Below, piece by piece: positions 1-12,868 of a stretch of 64,000 nt of DNA; within the stretch, counting starts at the first letter, position 1, and each line of letters opens with the position of its first letter. Position numbers and translations under genes: made by a program. Source of the stretch: Thalia democratica (lineage: Eukaryota). The stretch is taken from positions 56,916,001 through 56,980,000 of the forward strand of contig OZ241828.1 of the NCBI GenBank assembly GCA_965202585.1, in the 5' to 3' direction. The notes beneath the pieces are model-generated. The model saw nothing but the letters and a program-made list of their open reading frames with translations, was not told where the DNA came from and did not search any database.

Positions 1-980
1 TATAAGTGTACTTATTTTTTTAATGAAGATTGTTTTTCATTATTTAAAATGTAAACTAGAGTGCCTTGTTTTTTAATTAGTGTGATAGTTTATTTACATT
101 GAGATATATATATAATTTTGACACTAAAACATTTTTTAAATGTGAAGAAAGTGTCAGCTTTTTCGTTTTGGAATTCTTTACTTTTCGTTGCATTATAGTA
201 GAGTGTTGATTTTTTTAAATAGCTGCTTTTAAAGTAATGCTTTTTTTTGTTTGTATATATTTAAATGTATTAAGAAGAACTTTATTTTTTATTTTATTAG
301 GTCGTTGAAATTTATTTTATTTTTGAACAAAGAAGTAGATTTTTGTTTTTTTTTTTATGGTCATGTTTATAAAAGATCAAACATATCAAAAAATTCTACT
401 GTAGTAGTTAATTTTTACAGAGTTTTATGTTGAAGGGGTGAAATTCTCAATCAAAAATTCCTTCTTGTATTATTTTTAGAATTTTTGATGTTATTATTTA
501 CTTCTGAAAACAAATTAAGTGTCTTAAAATAAAAGTTACTGTTTAAAGCAGTTCTTTATTAATTGCTTTAAAAGTTTCTTTACTTTTTAAGTCAACTTTA
601 TATCTACAAAAAGTTATTACTGATGTTTATTTTTCTCTTTATTTTTACTAAACTATAGCTACTTTAAATTTTGTTTATTTTAAAATTCATTGATTTTTAA
701 ATGCTAAACTTTGATTGATTTTAATAATTAAGTAAAACAAACCAATTTCCAACTAACTTATAGTTAATAAAATGCTTTTAAAAGCTTAGTTTTTTAATTT
801 ATTATAAAGCCGGATGGTAGTAAACTATTTGTAACATGTATTTTAATTTTTTTTTATCTACGAAAAAAAGTACTTAACAACAAAAAGAATATACATACTA
901 TATGAACAACAATATTGTGTAGTAAATTGATAACTTTATAGGTTTCAGAAACATTTATTTATTTCAACTTGCTTAGACGA

Positions 981-2551
981 AGACGCCAATACCACTTTTA
1001 AAGACCAGCTTTGACTCTTTAAACGAGAATTCTCTAAAACTATTTTTTTATGACGAAAAATGACTTTTTTTTGTGACGTCATTTTTGAAAAAAAATACGT
1101 CAAAAACTAAAAATCAAAGACTGAATTGCAAAACTGCAGACCTTAAGAAAGACGCCCATACCATTTTTAAAGACCAACTTTGACTCTTTATATGAGAATT
1201 CTCCGAAACTATTTTTTATGACGAAAAATGACTTTTTTTTTGTGACATCATTTTTGAATAAAATACATCAAAAATAAAAAAACAAAGACTGAATTGCAAA
1301 ACTACAGACCTTAAGGAAGACGCCAATACCTTTTTTAAAGACCAACTTTGACTCTTTATACGAGAATTCTCCGAAACTATTTTTTTATGACGAAAAACGA
1401 CTTTTTTTTGTGACGTCATTTTTGAATAAAATACGTCGAAAATAAAAAATCAAAGACTGAATTGCAAAACTACAGACCTTAAGGAAGACGCCAATACCTT
1501 TTTTAAAGACCAACTTTGACTCTTTATACGAGAATTCTCCGAAACTATTTTTTTATGACGAAAAACGACTTTTTTTTGTGACGTCATTTTTGAAAAAAAT
1601 ACGTCAAAAATTAAAAATCAAAGACTGAATTGCAAAACTACAGACCTTAAGGAAGACGCCAATACCTTTTTTAAAGACCAACTTTGACTCTTTATACGAG
1701 AATTCTCCGAAACTATTTTTTTATGACGAAAAATGACTTTTTTTTGTGACGTCATTTTTGAAAAAAATACGTCAAAAATTAAAAATCAAAGACTGAATTG
1801 CAAAACTACAGACCTTAGGGAAGACGCCCATACCATTTTTAAAGACCAACTTTGACTCTTTATATGAGAATTCTCCGAAACTATTTTTTATGACGAAAAA
1901 TGACTTTTTTTTTGTGACGTCATTTTTGAATAAAATACGTCAAAAATAAAAAATCAAAGACTGAATTGCAAAACTACAGACCTTAAGGAAGACGCCAATA
2001 CCTTTTTTAAAGACCAACTTTGACTCTTTATACGAGAATTCTCCGAAACTATTTTTTTATGACGAAAAATGACTTTTTTTTGTGACGTCATTTTTGAAAA
2101 AAATACGTCAAAAATTAAAAATCAAAGACTGAATTGCAAAACTACAGACCTTAGGGAAGACGCCCATAACATTTTTTTAGACCAACTTTGACTCTTTATA
2201 CGAGAATTCTCCGAAACTATTTTTTTATGACGAAAAATGACTTTTTTTGTGACGTCATTTTTGAAAAAAATACGTCAAAAATTAAAAATCAAAGACTGAA
2301 TTGCAAAACTACAGACCTTAGGGAAGACGCCCATACCATTTTTAAAGACCAACTTTGACTCTTTATATGAGAATTCTCCGAAACTATTTTTTATGACGAA
2401 TTTTTTTTTTTTTTTGTGACGTCATTTTTGAAAAAAAATACGTCAAAAAATAAAAATCAAAGACTGAATTGCAAAACTACAGACCTTAGGGAAGACGCCC
2501 ATACCATTTTTTTAGACCAACTTTGACTCTTTATATGAGAATTCTCCGAAA
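981..2551. repeat. Tandem satellite, 168-bp unit, ~9.3 copies
   Basis: The GACGCC anchor recurs at 982, 1151, 1319, 1487, 1655, 1823, 1991, 2159, 2326 and 2494 (spacing 167-169). Units are near-identical and differ mainly in poly-T/A length. Units carry GAATTC, and nearly all carry TGACGTCA. Confidence 0.97.
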
Positions 2552-2552
2552 C

Positions 2553-4170
2553 AAAATTACATCGAATACTTGGCGAATACTACACTAAATGCTGCAACGT
2601 AAAATTTGTTGTATTTTAAAAGGAGCTTTTTCATATGTCGACAAGACGATATGAATTCACTCCTCTTATTTAAACAACCTTCCTTTTTTAACGCATACAA
2701 TTATACATAACGGCTGTTGATTCTTTTAAGCACAGCTTACAAACAGGGTTGTTACCATCTGCTATTGGCTGTGCTCTTTTTATCATCTCCCAATTTAATT
2801 TAAAATCAATGTTTTTGCGCTTAAGGCCGCTAACATACTTCGAAAGCTCAGTTTCATTTTCGTATACACCACCTTTAAAGGATTTTTTATGGTTAGCATA
2901 CCGAAATCTGAATTGAGTGGAGCATAAACCTTAGTAGAACTTCTTTCCAAGGTCAGAGTTAACTGTTGCCTTGTAAATAATGTTCTCTGACCGGCAATTG
3001 CCCCCCTTCAAATTATATTTACAGCCACCAGCGCAATTACACTGATTTTTGATTAAATTACTTTTGTTTAAAATCCTTTGATTATGTGACTTAATTAATC
3101 TCTCCAAATTCGCCATACATATCTTTGATAATGGGTTATTTTTATTGAAATGTTTTTTTACTAGATTTATAAACTCTCTGCCGATGTTTGTTTTAACTGA
3201 AGTACAGAATGGGGGATTATACCAAATTATATTTCGCTTTCTTTTACTTTTATTGGTCGTTTTGTTTTTTTGTTCCGTTGTTTCAAAATTAATTTATCAT
3301 TGTAACCACATTTTTTCATTATTAGTTCGTAATCTTGCTTTGTCTTTAAAAAGTTTTCTTCGTTGCTTGATCTTTTATTTAAACGTTGATTAATTATTTT
3401 TGGTATTCGGTTTATAATATTTTTTGGGTGGCTAGAACATTTATTTATATACATAATTTTTGCGTTTTGCTTTTTATAAGGCATATAGGAGAGATCATAC
3501 AAGTTGAGCTTCACATCCAGGTAGTCAGTCGTCAACATTGGTGATTCAATAGTGACTCGTAACCCCATAGACTTGAAGAAGGCGTGCGTTTGTTTTTTTA
3601 GCCTTTCAACTATAAAGCCAGAAGAGTTGGGCAGTACAGCTAGACCATCGTCCCTGTACAACCAAACTCTTTCTAAACCAAAGATATTTTTCAACCCATC
3701 AAAAAAAAAAGACCTACTAGTTCACATAACTCTGCACCCATGAACGATCCCTGCGCTACATCAAAAAGAGAGCTGGTGTTATTTGCTCTCTTCTTTTGCC
3801 ACAGGTTTCCTTGTTCATAAAGTATTGATTTACATGCGTTTTTCATTAGAATTAAGTCTTCAGTAAGTACGCTAGTAAAAATACCAGCAAATTTTAGTGA
3901 TATTATTACCAATTTTTCGCTGATAGAAGGATAAAAATAAACTACATCAAACTTAAAAAAGCTGTACATTTGTTTTTCCAAACCAGTGAACCAATTTAAG
4001 ACTTGGTCTGTATCAGTCCACTGCATAAGTTTAGATTTTAAACGCACAGCCTTATTAATGCAGTCAATCTTAACCTTAACTATGCGACCTACATCGGACT
4101 AAGAAGTATTAATTAATCTACATTTGGGGTGTGTCAAAAAGTTATCTTTATGGTCTTTGACCGTTATGAA
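2553..4170 (-). mobile_element. 5'-truncated, frameshifted Penelope-like retroelement (RT + C-terminal GIY-YIG-like endonuclease)
   Basis: Minus-strand translation gives FITVKDHKDNFLTHPKCRLIN, FDVAQGSFMGAELCELVG and LYRDDGL (RT). It then gives IKSHNQRIL..CNCAGGC..GGNCRSENIIYKATV..KKFY*G, CKLCLKE and LNKRSEFISSCRH (endonuclease). There are internal stops and frameshifts. The 5' end abuts a (TA)n run and the 3' end abuts the satellite. Confidence 0.9.
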
Positions 4171-4220
4171 TAAATATATATATATTGTAAGTTAATTATA
4201 AATAAAATAATATTTTCCAG

Positions 4221-4431
4221 GCGAATCCTGACCACACCGTCCACTTTCGCCAAAAACTCGGAGCGCGACCGCAAGCGGCGGGCCAAGGGACCGTTAGTAT
4301 TAAGAAAATCCCCTAAAGTGACGCGCATCGCCCCCGACACCGAAGAACTGGACGACGACGACCTGATGGGGGATCCCCTGTCCGAGTTCTTGAAGAAAAG
4401 CATCGAAGTGGGTGATTCCCCCCAACTGTGA
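4221..4431 (+). CDS. Terminal coding exon of an unidentified gene that starts upstream of the window
   Basis: Acceptor tattttccag|G is followed by a GC-rich open frame RILTTPSTFAKNSERDRKRRAKGP...DTEELDDDDLMGDPLSEFLKKSIEVGDSPQL, TGA at 4429-4431. An AATAAA lies downstream near 4792. Composition contrasts sharply with the flanks. Confidence 0.7.
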
Positions 4432-7354
4432 ACTATCTGCGCCCATTGTGAAGCAAATATCGACGTCTAGTGAATTTTTTCCCTGTGTGGTTTTTCTTTC
4501 AACAAATTATGTTTTAGGTAATTTCCCTCCGTTGAGAATCCGTTCATTTTGTGTTTTTATGCTGTGAACTTTGTTGAGTTGAAAGATTATTAAGTATCTG
4601 GTCTCTGTGTTATATTTGTTTACATTAAATTTTAATTTCTGATTTCTTACAGTAAATACGTTTACATTGAAATATTATTTTTAAAGTTTTAGGCAGCTTA
4701 ATTATTGTTTTGTTACTTTAATAATAATTATTGAGTATCTGGTCTCTGTGTACTTTTTCTTTATATTAAACTTGTATTTCTGATTTCTTTCAATAAACAT
4801 GTTCACATGAAAATGATGTTTGTTTTCATAAGATTTGAAATATTTTTGAAAAAAATTAAGTTGTTTCAACTTGTTTCAATTTAGAACACAACCATTGTAT
4901 GATGCTGATGAGCACAAATACCTTGATATGCAACTCTAAGTTCATTAAAAGCTTCTTAAAGCGTGAATAACATTTTCTTGTTAATTATTTTAAATAAAAC
5001 CAAGTTACTAGAAAATGTTAGATAAATTTGTAGATAAAAACCTTAAGTTTTAGTTGAAAAACATATTTTTTCTATTAACGCATCGCTTAAAATGAAAGAA
5101 GTTAGTTGATTAAGAAAATTAAAAATATATTTGCCGTTTTTTTTCTAACTACAGAAACGTTAAAACGAAATCAAATAAGTATTTTAGCTTAATTAAATAA
5201 GCAAAGTTTAAAAAACAAAAATGCAAATACATTGAAAGCAAAAAAAAAACATAGGAGTATATATCCAAGTTTTAAAAGTAGCCTTTGTTAAACAATATAT
5301 TGAAATAAGTTATAATTATTTAAACTTAATCTTTGTTTAGAAAATGTTTACTCTAATATACAATTTAAAAAACTTTGTTTTTTCTTTCTTCAAATAAATG
5401 GAACACTATCAAGTCATTCTAAATCAAAAATTTCATGTCCACTTATTTCAATGTGTATGAGATAAAAGTGTACAACGTATCATAGTTGAAACAAGCTAGT
5501 CACTTTACCGCGTTGATTTTACATAAGAATCATAAGAAAAAAAAATTTGTTATTTACTGTTAGTTTTTACAATTGAACGTTAAAGCAAAACACGTGATAA
5601 CATAAAAAAAGTACAAAGCATTTAAAACCATTATATTACAAAAAAAAGTAAGTTAGCATCTGTTTTATTGATTTAAAAGTGTGTATACATTTTTTTTCGA
5701 ATATAATTCGGACAAATTTGGATTGCAAAACGTAAAAAAAAGTTAAAATAAATAAATGATAAAACATTTTTAATGTGCATTTTCCTTTGTTGTGATTAAA
5801 ACTAGATGCTTGCTTAATTTTTTCGTGAATAAACTATTATAATTGCTGTTTTTTTAATAAAGAATTAAATTTAAGTCTTATTAAAAATAAATAGTTTCTT
5901 TTCGATGTTTTTAAGCTGTTGTGAGTTTGAACTAAAGCAAAATTATTAAAAGTACTTTCATTTATTCTTTGAAATAAAGGTTTCGTTAAACAAAACGTTT
6001 AAAAAGTATTTATATAAAATAAATCGTTCAACAGGTGCCAACTTTTTTTTTTCCAAAAATAGTGAAGAGTATTTAAATTTTTTTGATGCTGCAGATGTTT
6101 GGTGAAATAAAAAGAGTTTGCGTTTTTAATATTTTAGCACAAAAGTGCTTACTAAAAGTTTATGCTGAAGAAAAATCTGAACTGTTTTCTTTATCCTATG
6201 AATTTTAATACTGATTGTTTGTTTAACTCAATGTGTGTTGGTTTTGCTAACTGTTTTTACTTTCGCTAAATCTAGTGTGTTTTGTGTGGCGACATTTAAG
6301 CTATTAGCACGTATTTACTCATTTTAGTGTAATTTGAATTTCTTTTGCAATGTAATTTAAAATAATATTTCAAATGAACTTAAAACATTTAACTCAAGGT
6401 AATCTTCTTAAAATCACTTTAAAGATTTTCTTTTCTATGGTTGTAGAAGATTTTTTTTTGCATATTAACTGTAAATAAAAATGTACGGTGTGCGTAAGAC
6501 ATCTAACGGACACTTATTTGACCCGAAATTGTAAAAATTAATTGTAAAGATTCTTACTTAAAAACTAAGTCAAAGAGGTAGAACAAATAGTGTTTAGCTA
6601 ATTAACTTGTTGCTTGAGTTAGTTAAATTTTAAGATAACTTTGAGGTCTTCTCAATAAAAAACTGCTTGTAATTAATACCAATTGTACAGTAAAACATAA
6701 TGCTAAGATTAAAATGCTAGAAAAAACTGCTCTTGTTATTTAATGTTTTGTTCTATGATGTATCTACAATTTACGGGAGACTTAAATTAAATACTAGATT
6801 TTCGTGAAGTGTTTTATAGCTTAAAGAACTTGTGTAAAACAATTTCAACAGGTAACTTATTTATCAAATACCGTAAAACGTGTTCTTTACTGTTTATTGA
6901 ACGACAAAAAAGTACGTTTAAATTTTTTGGACCTGGTGCAAGAAAATATCTTTCGTTTATCGAGTCGCACACCACGGATACCTTTGATATCATGGATAAC
7001 GTCTTGCCCAGGACCGACTTTAAACTTTTTATTTAGTACCCAGTCAGTAGATTTTAGTAAACTATATAAAAAGTTCCAACGAAACATTTTATTAATTTTA
7101 AAGATGAAAAGTCGTACAAAAATGAGTTTGCGTTGAATTCAAAAGAAACATTATATATCATTTATATAATGCTATTTTACATACTAACTATGTTTCTTTG
7201 TACCCTTATGATATGAGGCGATGCTTTATGACCGACTGGTGGATAGTTCGAAACCTGGTAAATTTATTTTTTCAAAACGCAGAACAGATCAACAAAATAC
7301 TTGATAAGAAAATCACATGAGCGGTTTCATACGTCATAAAAAAACTCTAGGAAC

Positions 7355-7613
7355 GGGCGCTCGCCTATCCAAGTGGTTTGCTTAGCCGTTGTTTAGTCGA
7401 TGCGTCCCGAGTTCGAGTCCCTGTTTTTTTCTTTCCCAATAGGGACTAGGCGTCGTTGGCCTTACTCTCAGCGAGATTAAATAAGAGTGTAAATTAGCTA
7501 TACGTAATTCGGGGCGAGTTGGCCGGCCGTACCATTGCTCCACTGGTCTTAATTGATAGGCGACTTGTTTAAGACTGCCAGCATGGTTAGTACTTGGCTA
7601 GTCCTGTTTTTTT
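7355..7613 (+). mobile_element. tRNA-derived SINE-like / Pol III-type element
   Basis: A-box-like TATCCAAGTGG (~7366), B box GTTCGAGTCC (7411-7420), T7 run at 7424-7430, then a GC-rich body ending in a second T7 run. Confidence 0.6.
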
Positions 7614-8936
7614 GGCAGAATTTTTATCTGTGTTATATAGATGCTTTTAAATTTAATACTATTTATTACACATTTTTTATGCATAATTAAAAATTTTTAG
7701 TGTTAGCTTAAATTTTCGAGCACCATATAAAATAAGGCGATAAAATTAAAACTAATTAAAGTGTGTTGCCCAACCTAGCCTGCAACAAAGTATAAAAGCT
7801 CACATAAAACATACTAAACGTGTTTAAAGTGCATATAAAACCAAAAAACAATGTTTTCTATATTATTCGTTGTACATTTAAAGTGTTGCTTTATGTATAT
7901 ATAAATATATAACCAGCATTTAAAATTTATAAAGTATCGAAACAAAAACAATCTAATTAATACAAAATATGTTAATTTTTTAAGTGAAGAATATGTTAGG
8001 GTTAAAAAGAACTATTAACAATATAAAGAATACGCACGGTAATTTACTATAGGTTGAGATAAATACATTTAATATTTTTTGCCTTACTTGGTCAAGTCAT
8101 TTTAAATACAGCTTTTTTTGTTAATCTTGACAAGCTTTTTTTCATATATGCTATTTATTAAACGACAAAAAAACGCTCAAAATAGTTGGTCCTCAAGAAA
8201 AAAATATTTTGGTAATCATATCGCACACCACTTGCATGCCTTTTAACGTCTGGTCCAGAAGAAAATAAGTAAATATTATAATTAGCATTTAAAGTGCTAA
8301 GATATCTAATATGAAAATTAATTTCTAAAAGTTGTTAATTTTATTAATAAAAGAAAATGTGCTATGCATGTTCCTTTTAAAAATATATCTAGGTAACGAT
8401 AAGGAATGTTTACGATAACTACATATCATTTGTAAGAGACTAATGCAGTGTTTTTAAAAACAATCTTTACACATGTTTGCTTGCAAAATCGATCATAAAA
8501 GAGTACCAGAATAGAAAATAAATAAATTTAAACCAGACAATACTACAAAATAGGGAAAGCTGTTGTTTCTATTATTGCAATACTAAAGAACAGTTTATTA
8601 ACTCTTTAAGATAGAGTCGAAATCTTTAAAAATATCTATGTATTTAAGTTATCCAAAACAGCAGTTGGGAGTTTATGAAAAACTAGTCTAAATAACCATC
8701 AAAAAAATTAAAACCAAACCATGTTTCAAAACTTTAAAGGCTTTAAAAACATGAGTCTATCTAATATATACCTTTAACCCAAAAGTCTAAAGTTTTCAAT
8801 AGAAACAATGATTAGAGCTTAAACTTCTAGTTATTAAGATTACAAACTTAAAATATCTCCCTAATATTGTTATAAAAAATATTTGTCGTGAACTTTTAAT
8901 TTGTTCGAATCGCACTAGTACAAAAATTAATCTCTA

Positions 8937-11571
8937 CTAATAAATTATTTCATTATTTATAAATTCTGGCTCCAACGTAGCTCGCATGTCATTCCTGAAC
9001 TGCTCAACGTTCTTTCTTCTAACGACGTCACTCTTTATGACGTCACTCGCGTTAGGTCTATCTTCGTAACATTTTTTTTTCATTAAATCCAAAACCGTCA
9101 TCAGATCCGCGTCTTTAGACAAGGCTTCTGCGCAGGAAAGGTGCCTGACACACTCCCCGAGAGAATACACGTCGGCTTTGTTGACCGCTACTGGCCAACC
9201 TAATTCCGGAGCCTTATATAAACCGTGTACATGTTCGTTTTCAACAAATTCATCACTGTTTTTAGCTGAGCAACCGAAATCACACAGCTTAAACTTCCAG
9301 TCGCTGCCGAGGATGAGGTTGTCCGGCTTCACGTCCAAATGCACGATTTTTAAAGAGTGCATGTGCAGCAGCCCTTTGCAGCAGTCGGACAACAAGACCC
9401 ACTGCGAGTTGCAGTTTGCGTTGCAGGCGAAAAAGTAAACTTCCAAGCTCTTGCACGAGGCCAGACCCAATTCCATCTGAATGAACAGCGCTCCGTCTTC
9501 GGTGAAAGCCCGGTAGAACTCTGCGACGTTCGGATGCTTTCCCAGCTCTTCGTGGTTGTGCACGTCCTTTTTGATGCGCAACTGGGATTCTTGTCTGACA
9601 ATTCTCTTGATAGCGTGCTTTCCAAGCTCTCGGCTCTCCGCCCGGAAGGTGGTAGCAAAGTGCCCGTTCCCGATCGCTTTAGGGTTGAACGATTTGAAGT
9701 AAGAAAACTGAGTGTTCTTCGACTTGTTGTGTTGAAGAAGCCTGTTGTTTTTTTCTTCGCAACGAGACACCTGCACCACCTTGCCCTTGTTGAACTTGTT
9801 GACATTTTTTGCTCTCGGCACCTGAGGACAAACTTTTTCGTGTGACAAAGATTCTGCTATGCTTTTAACGGACACAGACAAACTTTGCAGGTTTGCGGTT
9901 GTTAGGGTGTGGCAGTTTGAAGGAAGGAGAAGTATTTCTGCTTCCTCTTTACTAACTTCAGAAAAGTGAAAGGATGTTGACTTTTGTGCAAATTCAGACG
10001 AATCACAAGAATCTGGTTCCTTTTTGTTTGTTGTAGTTTTGTCAGGACTTTCTGTAGTCAGGCTTGTATCAATGAGTTCAGCGTCAAGATTAAACTTTAT
10101 TGGAGAACCCGATAAAAAAGCACGCGAACCATCAGAAGAACTGTCATATGAATGATCAGGTGAATCGTAGTCATATGGGTCTGAATCTTTCCTGTTTGAT
10201 GTTTTTCTAAGTGGATTTTTCGTAGACAAAACTTTTCTATCTGACTCTTTTTCTGAATTCAGGTTCGAACATTTTGGAGAAAACGGTAAATAATCGTTAG
10301 AATTATCAAAAGCCTTGTTGACTGGAACGCCATTGCTTGTATGATTGGTTTGTGAATTAAAAAGAAATTTTCCATGTCTTCTTTCATAATTAAAATTCCT
10401 ATCCGCTGTCTTTTTAGTTAAAGTCAAATAGCCTGAATCCTGTTTGGCAAAGATTTCTCTTTTTGCAAGCGGCGTGCAAAGCTTTGGACATTTAGCAAAA
10501 GGACTAGTATTACTATCAGGACTGTCTGAAAATATTTTATTGAACTTGGACGGCTGCTCTGCCTGTTTCTTGTTACTTGAGCCCTCAGTTTGTTCTTTTT
10601 TGCTTTCGATGTTTAACAAATTAGTAAGTTTAGAGAGCCCAAAACTTTCCCTGCGTGGGCTGATTGGTGGGAAAAATTTCGATTTTTCACCAGAAACTTT
10701 AGGGAGACCGAGCATTGAAAGAGGAAAAGGTTTTCCTGGTGTTTTTAGGCCAGCACAGAAGTCGGGGGAACAACTTTCGACTGACTCATCAACATGACCC
10801 TGAGCATTTGGTGATGATTGAACGTTTTCATCACTGCAATTTTCATAATCCTGTAGAAAATTGCTGTTGTTAATAGATTATTCTTTTATTGAAAATTAAG
10901 CTTCAGATAACAGTATTATTTACTACTTATCATTATAAAAAGTATTCGCTGCTCAAAAAGTTTTTTTTCGACACATGTTCAAAAATTATATAGTTTGTTT
11001 TTGGTGGGGAATGTAAAACAATTTTAAGCTTTTTAACTTATTTTACAACAGCAGTAGTATGTCATTACATATAAATTGTGTTCAATTAAGTTTTCAAAAG
11101 TTTTGTAATAAATATAATTGAATAGAGTTATTAACTTTTAGATTATTTAAGTTTACAAACGGTTATTTAACTTAAAAACTAATTCATCTAATAATTTTTG
11201 AATACACAAACTATGCAGATAGTATTATAGTAACTATCTAAATTTTACCTACTTGTTTACTGAAATCATAGTTACTAGCTAATCTTTTGTAAAACTACAC
11301 AACACAAACAGTTTCATTAAACATTGAGCCACTTACACTAAACAAGTTCTAACTACAAAATAATCTAATTACAAACACTCCAAAATGTTGTTTTACTTTT
11401 TTTTTAGTACATAATAACAATCACAACCTCCTTTTTGTCAAACAACATCCGACGGTTCCTGTTGTTCGGTGTATTGCGACGTTTGAAAGCATTTGGAAAT
11501 GGCAATGGGTTATAAGCGTTGTTGGTGCAACGCTCTTCGTTCTCATTCCTCTTCCTTGTTGGATCACTCAT
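8937..11571 (-). CDS. PKMYT1: Wee1/Myt1-family CDK1-inhibitory kinase (Myt1-like kinase domain), 2 exons: 11428-11571 and 8937-10850, ~685 aa
   Basis: Kinase motifs IGNGHFA, HAIK, VHNHEELGKHPN, FIQMELG, HLDVKPDN, KLCDFG, YKAPE and ADVYSLG resemble Myt1 more than Wee1. The open frame extends up to acceptor ttctacag|GAT (10850). An upstream exon MSDPTRKR...RRMLFDKKE ends at a phase-0 GAG|gttgtg donor (11428). The intron phases match. Confidence 0.8.
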
Positions 11572-12624
11572 CCTTGGTGGTTTTGCAATTGAAAATTAAA
11601 ATTTATCTATTATATCTGAAAATTGTATACATGGTAATAAAACAGTATATTTTTACTAGGAAATTTCGTTATATAAGCTTTACATTGTAGTAATTATAAA
11701 CAAAAAACCAAGCTTCATTTAACGAGCCATTTGTTCAATACAGTAATTATTATTTTTTAATTTATATACAATTTAAATCTACTGAAGTATCAATTTACAT
11801 ACCAAGAGCCAACACATGTTGGTAGTAAATATTATTGAATACCAAGTAAATTAAAAATAATTGTAAACAATTAAGAAAAGTATAGGCAAAGATATGAAAT
11901 AAAACAAAGTTCTTAGCTACAAACTAAACTGTAACAATTTGTATCATACTTTATTGGCTAATAAAGTATGATGCTTTAAAAATTGCTGTTGTTAAAAAAA
12001 AAAAAAACCTAGCTTTTGGTTTTTTATTTAATCTAACTTGTTTTCAAAGGTGGAATGAAAACTAATACAGTTAAAAACGTTAGAATGTGGTAGCATCAGA
12101 AAGATTCCTTTTTCGTTGATAAACATACTAATACAATTTAAACAACCTAAAACATTAACAAAAATATGCTAAATTAAAATAAAAACAAAATAAACCATGA
12201 GGTAAAAGTACTAGTATGTAATTTCTTTAATTAGAAAACAAAAAATAATAAATTGCTTCGAAGGTGTGAGTTTTTAGTATACGAATATTTATTTTCTAAA
12301 AATATTGTAACAAAAATAATTAGTTTCAAACAGCAGTTCTGTCCTAGGCAAGACGTTAACTGCATCCAAGTGTGCATCACTTGACAACTGAAACGTTTTT
12401 TCGTATAATCGGTCGTAGGACGAGTTATTTTGACCTTTTATTTGTCGTTATACAATCATAAAAGCAATAAGTTGTTCAAAACAGTTAGAAGTAGGCTCAG
12501 ACCTTGAAAAAACAATTATCTTTTTAATATTAATACTTCAACCACGCAAAAACAACTTTTGTTATGTTAGTGAAAAATGCTTGACTTTATTTTGCCACTT
12601 TAAATTTACAAATAAACCCATATT

Positions 12625-12868
12625 TACAAAATTTCATATCTTCAACTAGTGTACTGCACTTCATAAGTTTATTTTAACTCAACAATTTTACCAAAAGAGT
12701 TTTTAACATTAGATTCAAATTGATAGGCAATACAGCTGTTACTCCGTTTCAAAACCCCATGCTTCAGTTTAGGGGTTTTCCCTCGAGTGACTTCAATTAT
12801 AAGCTTCACCTCAATCACACCCGGTTTAGAAATGTTAAGAATCGTGGTTGAAGATTCCAAAAACATAC
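12625..12868 (-). pseudogene. Degenerate internal exon, phase-compatible with the signal-peptide exon at 15920-16130
   Basis: Acceptor tttgtttatag|GT ATG (phase 1). The frame (G)MFLESSTTILNISKPGVIEVKLII... is open for ~65 codons and then hits stops. Confidence 0.45.

Noticed and set aside
981-2551. CRISPR-like array, and ORF 1216-1419
   Set aside because: The whole 168-bp unit repeats with no unique spacers, in a eukaryotic context. The ORF is a chance frame of the satellite.
7205-7265. Possible hammerhead ribozyme or second B box (GTTCGAAACCTGGTA)
   Set aside because: The GAAAC..GTA half is present, but there is no CTGANGA core and no convincing stems I/II.
9178-10797. Overlapping ORFs on the kinase gene (also those antisense to USP30 and the GTPases)
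   Set aside because: Shadow frames of GC-rich coding sequence with no recognisable motifs.
12338-12365. GTCCTAGGCAAGACGTTAAC resembling a SINE core motif
   Set aside because: Only ~20 nt match, and there is no head or tail to support a feature.
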